This document shows positions 1 through 10,980 of a DNA stretch of 64,000 bases, piece by piece. The stretch comes from Mobula hypostoma. Its lineage: Eukaryota. The stretch lies in contig NC_086097.1 of NCBI RefSeq assembly GCF_963921235.1, forward strand, positions 218,242,001-218,306,000, given 5' to 3'. Each line of letters starts with the position of its first letter. Positions within the stretch are counted from its first letter, which is position 1. Under the pieces are notes generated by a model. It saw nothing but the letters and a program-made list of their open reading frames with translations. It was not told the DNA's origin and made no database searches. The position numbers were made by a program, and so were the translations under genes.

Positions 1-715
1 CGCCCTGAGATTCAAACAGTTACAGGCATTCACAGTACATACACAGAAACACCATGGAATTAATGAAAAATTGCACAAGACGAACAACCAATTGTGCAAA
101 AGACAACAAACTGCGCAAAAACAAAAAAAAACAAAATAATAATAAATAAATACACAATAAATATTGAGAACATGAGATGAAGAGTCCTTGACAGTGAGTC
201 CATAGGTTGTGGGAACAGTTCAATAATTGGGTGAGTGAAGTTATTTCCACGGGTTAAACAGCCTGATGGTTGAGGGGTAATAACTGTTCCTCATCCTGGT
301 AGCATGGGTTCTGAGGCTCCTGTACCACCTCCTTGATGGTAGCAGTAGAAAGAGAGCATGGCCTGGATGGTGGGGTTGCTTGATGATGGACGCTGCTTTC
401 CTGCTACACTGCTCTTTGTAGATGTCCTCAATGGTGGAGAGGGCTTTACCTGTGATGGACTAGGCTGTATTCGCTACACTTTGTAGGATTTTCTGTTCAA
501 GGACATTGGTATTTCCATACCAGCCATAATGCAACCAGTCAGTATATTCTCCACTGAACATCCAAAGAAATTTGTCAAAGTTTTAGGTGACATGCTAAAT
601 CTTCATAAACTTCTAAGAAAGTAGAGGTGCTGCTGTGCTTTCTTTGTAATGGCGCTTACGTGAAAGGCCCAGGACAGGTCCTCTGTAATGATAACACCAA
701 GGAATTTAAAGTTGC
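1..715 (-). mobile_element. Rex1/Babar-type (CR1/L2 superclade) LINE, decayed 3' fragment
   Basis: Minus ORF 603-878 contains NFKFLGVIITEDLSWAFHVSAITKKAQQHLYFLRSL, the C-terminal RT/thumb region typical of this family; its 3' UTR runs toward position 1. Confidence 0.8.
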
Positions 716-842
716 TATGGTTAAACATTTTATGGTCTAAAGTTAAGTGTAAAGTATATTGCATGAATACTTTCGGGGAGTGCAGTAGAATGATGGATAA
801 ACAAACAGATAACACTGACACTAGCAACAATCTAACATGAAT

Positions 843-1218
843 ACCATCCAGGCCATGCCCTCTTCTCACTACTATCATTGGGCAGAAGGTAAAGAAGCCC
901 TAGGTCCCACACCACCAGGAATAATTATTACCATACAACCATCGTGCCCCTAGACCAGCATGGATAACTTCAATCACTTCAGTACTCAGCTGATACTACG
1001 ACCTAAAGATTCACTTTCCAGGACTCTTTATAACTTGAGCTCAGTATTAGTTTTAATTTGTGAGGTTTCTCTTCTTTTGTATATTGACTTGTCTGTTTAT
1101 GTACAGTTTTATGTAAACACTACTGCATTTTTTCCTGTAAATGCCTGGAAAAATGAATCTCAAAGTAGTACGTGATAACATATACATACTTTGATAATAA
1201 ATTTACTTTGATCTTTGA
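843..1218 (+). mobile_element. Rex1/Babar-type LINE 3' end
   Basis: HP..LF..L.SGRR-coding segment followed by the family 3' UTR ending aataaatttactttgatctttga; similar tails occur at about 36640 and 57670. Confidence 0.7.
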
Positions 1219-1539
1219 ATAGACCATGAATAAAATCAGCAAAGCAGTGTAACGGAGTCAAAAAGGCTACTGAAAGGCATTTTGGCGACATTATGAATTA
1301 TTCATTTTTATACAGGACCTGTAACTTATTTTGGAGTTTGTGATCCGAGGTGTATATTCTTAAGGATAGAGGGCTTAATATTTTCAACAGAAGATGTGAA
1401 TGTAGATTTAATATCATAATAAGATCAATCATGATGTCATTGAAATACAGAGCAGATTCATGAGGCAAGTGGCTCACTCCTGCTACTAATTTATAAGATG
1501 TTATCTCTTAGCCATGGGAAAACATCTTCCCCATATCTA

Positions 1540-1754
1540 CAAAATCTGCAGATACTGGAAATCTAAGGAATGCACACAAAAAGCTGGAGGAAATCACCAG
1601 GCCAGGCAGCATCTATGGAAAAGAGTACAGTTGACGTTTTGGGCTGAGACCCTTCATCCGGACCTTGATGAGGGGTCTCGAACCGAAACATCAACTGTAC
1701 TCTTTTCCACAGATGCTGCCTGGCCTGCTGAGTTTCTCCAGCATTTTGTGTGTC
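1540..1754. mobile_element. Palindromic (head-to-head) Penelope-derived short element with two opposed hammerhead-like cores
   Basis: Inverted arms of about 90 bp (1572-1659 and 1664-1753), centred near 1661; 11-bp TSD ccccatatcta at 1529-1539 and 1755-1765. Confidence 0.8.
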
Positions 1755-2291
1755 CCCCATATCTAACATGCCCAGCCTTCTAAATATTTGTACATTTTAA
1801 TGAAGTCACCTCCCAGTATTCTAAAATTGGAGGCTTAAGTCTTGCACCATTTAATAAAATCACTACCCCAGGAACCAGTCTGGCAAATCTTTGTAGCACT
1901 CCCTCGACACCAATGCCCTTTTCAGTAGATTAAGAGGGCAAAAGCATGCGAAGTACTCCAGTCTAATTCAGAAAGTATTTTCAGCCCCTTTTTCACGATG
2001 GCCAATGAAAAACCTTCCATACATTCTTTGGAGAGCCATTGCATAAAGGCCCAAAGATTACCAGTGCAATAAGGCAGCTTTAATTTAGCATTTAAATCCT
2101 CTGGCAAGCAAAGCCAACATACACTTTGGCTTATTCTGCATCCCCCATGCTAGCCTTCAAAAATTCATACACATGGATAGCCACATACCTTTAAATTTCA
2201 AAAATTCCCAATCTTTAATGTCAATTTAAAAATCACTCAGTACAACATTTTCCCCCCAGTTAATAACCTCAAAAATTTTCACATCTCAATA

Positions 2292-2385
2292 GCAGAGAGG
2301 CTTTGGTGAGATATGGCGCTAAGTGGGCAACAAAATAGCAATTGTTGACCACTTAGCTTGTCACATCTCACCAACGTTTTTCTGC
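2292..2385 (+). other. Long imperfect hairpin (pre-miRNA-like or MITE remnant)
   Basis: gcagagaggctttggtgagatatggcgctaagtgggcaacaa pairs with ttgttgaccacttagcttgtcacatctcaccaacgtttttctgc around an 8-nt loop. Confidence 0.55.
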
Positions 2386-3299
2386 ATGCTTATAACATGT
2401 CACATTTTCACTTACAGAACTTACTTATAGGCAATAACAAAATCTGAGAGTAGTCAGTGTATTTTGGTATCTATTGTATCCTTTAGTGTTTTAACTCTAC
2501 AGAACCACCATAATGGCCTAGTAGCTATAGAGCACTATGTGCAAAAAAGGTAAAATCTACATCAAATACTCACTACTACAAGGAATCCACAGGATGCTTA
2601 CCTAAGAATTAGGAGTGGGGCCCTGGCATCTACTACACTAATTAACTAAGTGACATTTTTCCACTCTAATCTCATACTCAAATTCTTTAATATCTGAACT
2701 TATCCACATTTATATCTTGAATGTACTCAGCAACTGCACTTCCAATAATCCTGTTGAGCAGAGAACTCCAAAGACTCAAGAGTCTCTGAAAAGAGATTTC
2801 TTTTCTTTTAACAATCACAACAACTGCAACTCATACTCACAACTTAAACAAAAAAAGGTTCTATTTTAAATTTGTACAATTCACAGGATAATAAAAACTA
2901 AGTGCTGAAGTAAAGAATTCTTAAAATAATGTAGGAAAATTATTCAAAAAACTGAGGCTGAAATAATTTTATCATCTAAGGACGGACATTGAACAAATGG
3001 AGTGAGAAAATAAATTGAGAGAAGAACAGACCAAATTGGAGAGAAGTACATTGTATATTGCCATAAAGAGATACATTTCAGCAGTAATTATCACTTATGT
3101 AACTTAAAAACTCACTTTTGCCTGACAGCACTTGTTCTATATTTTCTAGATCTTCCTTTTGTGAGATTAATGGGTTAGCATCTTAAATTCACACCATTAT
3201 AGTAATTACAGTGTTGACACCGTTGGTAAAATCCTCAAGAATGCATCCTTTTAAAAGAACAAAACTTTTTTAAAAAATACAACTCATTAGAGGAGGGAT

Positions 3300-4288
3300 G
3301 TCAGGCAGAATAGTTGAATGCTCTTCTGTGATATTGGAAGGCTGGGAGACCTCCAGTAAGACCCGCAAGAAGTGTATCCACCTACAGCTTTAAGCACCCG
3401 GTGTTACTAGTTACTAGCCAGGGAAAATACCACAGCAGTGCTCAGTCAAGAGAGATTGAAGAACTCATCCAGTGAGACTTTAGGGGTGAAACTGAGGAAT
3501 AAGAAAGGTATGACCACATTAATGGATCTACAACATAGACCACATTAACAGTCGGCATGATTTAGAGGAACAAATTTGTAGAGAGATTGCAGACTTTTGC
3601 AAGAAACACAAGGTTGTGATCATGGGTGATTTCAACTTTTCACACATTGACTGGGACTCCCATTCTGTAAGGAATAGACAGCATGGAATTTGTTAAATGT
3701 GTTCAGGGAAGTTTTCTTAATCAGTATATAGAAGTCCCAATGAGAGACTGCGCAATATTTGACCTGCTATTATTAGGGAATGAGACAGGGCAAGTGACAA
3801 AAGTTTGTGTAAGGGAACACATCCCATCTAGTGATCATAATGTCATTAGTTTCAATGTAATTATGGAAGAGGATAGGTCTCGTCCTCAGTATGAGATTCT
3901 AAATTGAAGGAAGACCAATTTTGATGGTATCACATAAGATCTGGCAAGTGTGGATTAGGACAGGTTGTTTTCTGGCAAAGGTGTACTTGGTAAGTGGGAG
4001 GCCTTCAAAAGTGAAATTTTAAGAGTACAAAGCTTGTATGCATCTGGCAAGTAAAGGCAAGATTAACAGGTTTAGGAAGGCTTGGTATTCACGAGATACT
4101 GAGACCCTGGTTAAGAAAAACAAAAGGAGGTGCATAGCAGGTATAGGTCAGTAGGAACAAATGAGGAGCTTAAACAGTATAAGAAATACAAGGGAGCACT
4201 TAAGAAAGAAATCAGGAGGGCTAAAAGAAGACATGAGGTTGCTCTAGCAGACAAGGTGAAGGAAAATCCTAAGGGTTTCTACAGATAT
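3300..4288 (+). mobile_element. CR1 LINE fragment (ORF1 remnant plus endonuclease C-terminus/linker of ORF2)
   Basis: ORFs 3683-3907 (EFVKCVQGSFLNQY...SDHNVISF) and 4130-4417 (LKKEIRRAKRRHEVALADKVKENPKGFYRY). Confidence 0.85.
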
Positions 4289-4429
4289 CGTTGCAGTGAC
4301 CGCTTTCTGAATGGTAATCTTGAGGCTTTAGCTCTCTCGAGACTTCAGTCAGAGAAACCAAAGAAAAGCTCCAAGTTTATTTTTTTCCCCTTTCCTTCTT
4401 TACATCTGCTCAGTTAAGATAATTGAACA

Positions 4430-4655
4430 GTCCTCTTGCTGGATGTGAGAAGGCAGGAAGACCTCAGTTACTTATGACTACAACTACAAGAAGTGCATCC
4501 AGCTGCAGCTTCTAATCTGTGTTAAGCATTTGGAGCTAGAACTGGGACTAGGTGAACTCCGAATCATTCAGGATGCTGAAGGGGTGATAGATAGGACATA
4601 TAGAGAGGTAGTTACACCCAAGGCGCAGGACACAGGAAAACTAGGTGACAGCCAG
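4430..4655 (+). mobile_element. CR1 ORF1 fragment
   Basis: Homologous by eye to the ORF1 zinc-finger/coiled-coil region at 36900-37050 (ELDELR..RE.E.VIDR.YREVVTP). Confidence 0.6.
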
Positions 4656-7600
4656 TAAAAAGATTCATTACCATACTGATTTATTTAAACAAAGGGTGGA
4701 ACTTCAATCACAATATAACCTGTTATTAACTCATCCCATTGAAGGATATTTGCTTAAGTTAAAGAACCAATTTTATATGTTTGGAGATGAAAATAATAAA
4801 CTGCTTGCATCTCAATTAAAAATGGCTGCAGCCAAAAGGCAAATCACGAAAATTCGTAGGAAAGCTGGTACCTTAACTCGGGAATATGAAGAAATTAATA
4901 AGATTTTTCAAGATTTTTATGCTGAGCTTTATAAATCTCAATGTCCGTTAGATTCCTCTGAAATGAATGCTTTTTTTTTTACGAAAGATTGTTTTTCCTA
5001 AAATCTCGGCTGAGGATCAAAAAACTCTCCATGCTCAAATTACTGAAGCTGAAATTCATAAAGCTATTTTTTCAATGCAATCTGTTAAGTCCCCAGGACT
5101 TGATGGCTATCCTGTAGAATTTTATTAAAAAATTGGAAAGTTGCTTTCTCCGTGTGTTGCAAATGTTTAAGGATTCTTTCGTGAAAGGTGACTTACGCTC
5201 TACTTTTTATGAGGCTTCTATTAATTTAATTCTTAAAAAAGATAAAAGATCCTACTGACTGTGCTTCATATAGACCTATTTCATTACAGAATGTCGACGC
5301 TAAGATTTTGTCAAAGATAATGGCCAATTGGTTGGAGAATATTATGGGTAAAATTATTTTTAAAGATCAAACAGGCTTTATAAAGGGTCGCTATTCTTTT
5401 TCAAATGTTCGGAGACTATTTAACATTATATATTCGTCCTCTTTTAAAACTCCACAATGTGTTGTATCTTTGAACGCTGAAAAAGCATTCGACCGAGTCG
5501 AATGGAAATATTTATTCAATATTTTAGAGAAATTTGGCTTTGGTGCTAATTTTAATAATTGGATTAAAATGATATATAACGCCCCTATTGCTACTGTTGT
5601 CACTAACAATTGTAGGTCTCCTTTTTTTTCAGCTTTCACGGGGGACAAGGCAAGGCTGTCCATTAAGTCCTTTGTTGTTTAATTTAACATTAGAACCCCT
5701 TGCTATTGCTCTTCAGGAGGCTAAAAATATCCATGGGATTTTTGTGAATGAGACCACGCATAAGGTCTCTCTTTACGCTGATGATTTATTGGTTTATATA
5801 TCTAACCCTGACGAATCCATTCCTGCCTTGCTAAAATTATTTAATGAATTTGAAGGTTTTTCAGGATATAAAATAAATTTTAGTAAAAGTGAATTGTTTC
5901 CTTTAAATGATTCTGTCTCTATGTATGATAATACTCCTTTTAAAGTTACAGACTCTTTTAGATACCTAGGTATTATAATTACTAAAAAATATAAGGATCT
6001 TTATAAAGCCAATTTTGTTCCCTTAGTAGACTCTATGAAGTATTTATTTAGTAGATGGAGTCCACTTACATTTTCACTTGTTGGTCGTATTCATACAGTT
6101 AAAATGATGAATTTTTTATATTTATTTCAGAATATTCCTGTTTTTTTGACTAGGAAGTTTTTTGATCAGATTGATTCTATTATTTTATCTTTTATTTGGA
6201 ATAATAAAAGACCAAGAATTAGTAAATGTCACTTACAAAAATTGAAAAAGGATGGAGGTCTTGCTTTGCCTAATCTAAGAATGTATTATTGGGCTGTTAA
6301 TCTGCGATATATGTCTTTTTGGTTATACTGGGTTGATAAGAGTGATCGGCCAATTTGGGTAGACCTGGAACTGAAAGTTGTAAAACAGTTTTATTTAACC
6401 TCGTTATTGGGAGCTCCTTTACCTATGCAATTGGTTAAAGTTGTTAATTTAAACCTATATCCTGTGATTAAGTATTCTTTACAAATTTGGCTCCAATTCC
6501 GCAATTTTTTTTAATCTTAAAAAATTTAAACTTAGTTTAATTTACTGAAATTACTTTTTAAGCCTTCTTTGAGTGATCCAATTTTTTTACTTTGGAAAAA
6601 TAAAGGTATTAATTCTTTTTTGGATTTATTTAAAGAAGATAGATTGATGTCTTTTGAACAATTAATTGATAAATATTCTCTTTCATACTCACACTTTCTG
6701 CAACACCTTCAAGTTAGACATTTTTTACAAAAATATTTAAGTAACTTTCCTTACATATTGGAGGCTGACCTGTTAGATACTACTATGAGAATGAATCCTT
6801 TGATTAAGGGTTCTATTGGAAGAATTTATAATTTATTATTACAATGGGATAAGTGTCCTTTATCTAAGATCAAACAGGATTGGGAAAAGGAACTTAATTT
6901 GACTTTTATGACGGAGGATTGGATGCAGATATTGAAGTTGGTTAACTCTTCAATTTGTGCCAGCCATTCATTGATTCAATTTAAAATTGTACATCATTAT
7001 CATTTGACAAAGGAGAGATTTTCTAAAATCTTTTCTAATGTTGATAGTCATTGTGATAGATGTAAAACTGAGATAGCTACACTGACACATATGTTTTGGT
7101 CTTGTTCTATACTGGAACGGTTTTGGAAATCGGTTTTTTCAATACTTTCTAAAGCACTTAAAATTAATTTACAACCTAATAAATTAACTGCGCTTTTTGG
7201 AATAATTCCTCAAAATATTCATGGTATTTCTGTGTCTGACCAACATGTTATTGCATTTGTTACATTGATAGCTGGCAGGGCCATTTTGTTGAAATGGAAG
7301 GATACATCAGCTCCCACTTTGTCACAATGGTTCTCTCAAGTGATGCTATGTCTTAGTTTGGAGAAAATTAGAAGTCAAACCTTTGAACCTTTATTTGATT
7401 TTGAGAAAAGATGGGGCTCATTTGCACGTTATTATCATTTGAGTTAATTGATATAATTTTTCCACGACCTAACTGTAAATTTTTTAGTATATTTTCTTTT
7501 CTTGCTGGCGGTTTGATGTTTATTTTTAGAAGCTTTTTGTATGATGCATGACTCCGGGGTTGTACACCTAATGGGTTCTTTTTTTTTCTCTCACTTTTCT

Positions 7601-7752
7601 GCTTAGTAGGTTTTTTTTGTTATCACAAAATTTTTTTTCAATCTTTAAGATAATTTTTTTTGAGGCATTGTAAGTGTTGTTACTTCAATGTACTCATGTT
7701 ATTTTTCCTGTATAATATAACAATAAAAAGGTTTGAAAAGTAAGAAAGAAAG
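4656..7752 (+). mobile_element. L1-clade LINE, 5'-truncated, frameshifted ORF2
   Basis: RT motifs DQTGFIKGR, AEKAFDRVEW, RGTRQGCPLSPLLF and LYADD; CCHC knuckle CDRCKTEIATLTHMFWSC; AATAAA and an A-rich tail at about 7722-7752. Confidence 0.93.
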
Positions 7753-7930
7753 AGATTCATTACCACCTTTAATTCAGCCAACAGCAGTGGTGTTATTAGC
7801 AAACTTGAATATGGCATTGGAGCTGTACTTAGCCACACAGTCATAAGCATAAAGCGAGTAGAGCAGGGGGCTAAGCACACAACCTTGCATGCACCTGTGC
7901 TGATGGAGATTGTGGTGGTGGTGTTGTCAC
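7753..7930 (-). mobile_element. Rex1/Babar-type RT fragment
   Basis: Minus strand encodes degenerate STGA.QGCVLSPLLYSLY..DCVA...N.IFKFA motifs. Confidence 0.65.
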
Positions 7931-9249
7931 TACTTAAAATTACTTTGCAATTTGCTTAATCTAAATGTTGTTGTCTAGATAATGATTAAATATGCATACT
8001 GAGACGAGTAAAGAACTCTTTTTTTCCCAAACATTAATGAGCCTACTAAAACCTTTGCTTCATGCTTGTCTAATTGCACAGAACAGCATCATTTAACAAC
8101 TCCAGTTATAGCAAAGAGCATTCAAATTAAGCTAGCTTTGGCCATCACTGAAATAAGCAAGTTCTTTCCAAGTAGGGTTTTAATTGTAATAAGTCTGCAA
8201 AAAGAGACATTCTAAGTGATTCTCTAAACCAGTGCTTCCCAAAGTGGGTGATATCGCGCTTCCCCCCACTTATGGCAGTGGTAATTTCTAAGGGTAGACA
8301 AAGATAAAGGTCGCGGTGGGGAGGCTCAGTAGCAATGGGGGGGGGCAGCTAAGGGATTACAGGCTTAATTTAAGAGATAAATTACTTATCATAAGCATTT
8401 GATCCTCAGTGCATCATAATTGATCACATCAATCATGTAATCACCTCTTCTCTTGCTAACCCACCATTCTCTCACACTTTCCTCAAAGTGCGTTATAGTT
8501 GTTGAAAAGCAATGTGACACTTCTGTATTTGGTATATCATGAGAAATCTGGACTGAAGAAACAGTGTTATATCCAGGCCTGGCTTGCGCATTACTGTCAT
8601 TCACTATTGTAGTACAGTGTTAGCTAGTACGGTTCCCACACTCTAATCACACAGTGATGCAACTCCTGTGAATTAGGGCATAGCATACGATGGGGTAAAG
8701 TACAGAATCTGCCTATTTGAATGGTCTTGACCACTTCTCTAATCCACAGCCCAACCAAAACATCCTGCCCTACTTCATATACCTTTAGGTAGAGAGTCAG
8801 GTTTTGCCCAAGCCATGATACTGTCGTAACTTTCCTCTTTATTGATTGCAGCACTTGAGGTTAGACTTTAAAAAAAATAGGCGATTGACTGCAGTCGTTA
8901 ATCCATAATGAAAATGGCGAAAGCAGAACAAACAAGAAGACAGTGTAGTGTGGAGTAACTGAAATATGGATTTATACCAGCTCCAAGCAACCAACAAGCC
9001 AATATGTCTGTTGTGTAAATAAGTTTTCTCAGATGAGGCAATAAACCTGCCCAGGCTTCTTGAACATTTGAAGAGAATACACTCAGATAAAGAAAACAAG
9101 GCCTTGGCTTATTTTCATTCACTTCATGAAAGTTTTCAGAAACAGAAAACATTTCAAAACATGTTTACTTGCATTTCACAACAAAACAGTGATGGTTTGC
9201 AGGTCTCTTACATTTCATTGCTCCTTGCTAAATCAGGAAAGCCCCATAC

Positions 9250-9620
9250 GGGGCGTCACGTGATGACGTGGGATTGAGATGTGTAAATCCAGCTCTCCCG
9301 TAAAAAATCAGCAAAGTACCGGTTAAACAAAACAAAGTTAATAAATACTTTCCAAAAACTATTTATAAACTTTGCAAGACTACTTTACGATATGCCTCGT
9401 AAACCGCATCAGAAGAAGTCTGTTGTTGCGAAGCCGCCGCGAGATGGGAAGTAAAAAGGGCCTACTGCAACGATGGAGCCTTGAACTCAGGTTGCATCTC
9501 CTTCGGAGGAAATGTATTCTATCTCCGGCATAGAACAGGGAGGAATAGCGGCGGTAGCGGTCTCTCGGAAGAAGATGCCGGAAATGCGCATGCGCAAAGA
9601 AGAGCGCATGCGCAAATCGA
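9250..9620 (+). promoter_or_regulatory. Putative L1 internal Pol II promoter
   Basis: GTCACGTGAT E-box and TGACGT at the 5' terminus; CCGGAA at 9578; TGCGCATGCGCA at 9585-9596 and GCGCATGCGCA at 9604-9614 (NRF1-type palindromes); CpG-rich. Confidence 0.5.
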
Positions 9621-10520
9621 CACAACTCAAACTACAAGAACCGACAGCCACTGCAACTGAAAGTGACTCAGAGTCAGAATTGGATTCTGCAGAGAACACA
9701 GATGAAGAGGAGGAGGAAGAACTGGAAGAGATTGGAAGTAAAGGAGATGATGGAGACATAAAAGAGGCTTTATTGCAATTAGTGGCTGAACTAAGAAAAG
9801 TAAGAGCAGAGCTTAGAGATATGAAGATGTGCTACAATAAAGCTATGAAAAGACAGGATAAAATGGATAAGGAGCTTCAGAAGATGGAAAGAGCAATGGG
9901 GCATATGAATGATAGAGTGGAAAAAACAGAAAATGATCTGTTTGTCTGGAACTCGGAAAGAAATCAACTCTTGGAGAAAGTGGACATGTTGGAAAACTTC
10001 AGTAGACGTAATAATATCAAAATTGTTGGTCTTAAAGAAGGTATGGAGGGAGAAAACCCAATAGAATTTTTTCAAAAATGGATCCCGCAAGTTTTGCAAA
10101 TAAAAGAGGAGGTTCGATCAATTGAAATTGAGCGGGCACATAGGGCTCTAAGACCAAAACCACAAGATGACCAATATCCACGATCGATTTTAATAAAATT
10201 CTTAAGATTTCAAGACAAGGAAAGGATTCTACAGGCAGCTACCCAAGCTGCCAAGAATAGAAAAGGGCCATTGATGATTCAAGGGAACAAAGTTTTTTTC
10301 TACCCTGACATAAGTTATGAACTTATGAAGAGAAGGAAGAAATTTAATCCAGTGAAAAAAATCCTATGGGATTTATATTGCATTATCCTGCAACCTTGAA
10401 GATTTTTTTGCCTGGTGGAGAAAAAAGATTTTTTGATGACTACCAGAAAGCGGAGCAGTTTGTGCGAGATTCTCTGAATATTCACCAGATACAAGAACAA
10501 ATCCAGGGGAGTGAGATAGA
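9392..10520 (+). pseudogene. L1 ORF1p (coiled coil plus RRM/CTD), frameshifted
   Basis: ORF 9512-10399: acidic tract, coiled coil, LENFSRRNNIKIVGLKEG, IERAHR, FFYPDIS. Confidence 0.9.
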
Positions 10521-10980
10521 TTGAAGATGAAGACTGGGTCAAAGAATGGACTTGTTGGATTTTTTGGCGGATGAATATATAAATATATTATTAATTATAC
10601 GGGGGGGAAGAAAGATTAAAATTTGAAGAATACTAGTTGGGAATACTAACATTAATTTTGTTTTTATATATATATTTTTTTGTTGCGGGGAGCTGGAAGA
10701 AGCACTGACGAATTACTACGCTAATCATGTGTGCAAGCGTGGCTTTAGCCATGACCTGCAAAATGGAGGGGGGTAGTGTTGTGTATCTTTTCATTCACAA
10801 CATTAGTGGGGGGGTATTTTGTTTTTTTCTTTTTTTGTATCTTTTCTATCTTTTTTTTTGCCTGGAGGATTGGGAGGGAAACACATAGCAACATGGTGAA
10901 GTTCAATGAGATTCCCCAAGGAACTATGAGAGTTGAGAAGATAAGTAATGTTTTAGATTGGAGTAACTTTGTTAAGAATA

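Noticed and set aside
1514..1783. Two overlapping opposite-strand ORFs with nearly the same peptide (QARQHLWKRVQL)
   Set aside because: Artefact of the DNA palindrome, not a gene pair.
2420..2640. Further minus-strand splice-like segments (about 2425-2443 and 2602-2637)
   Set aside because: Competing donors, no phase link to the exon chain, and downstream of its stop codon.
9380..10099. Minus-strand ORFs including a poly-Ser ORF opposite L1 ORF1
   Set aside because: Antisense shadows of the Glu-rich ORF1; no independent evidence for an ORF0-like gene.
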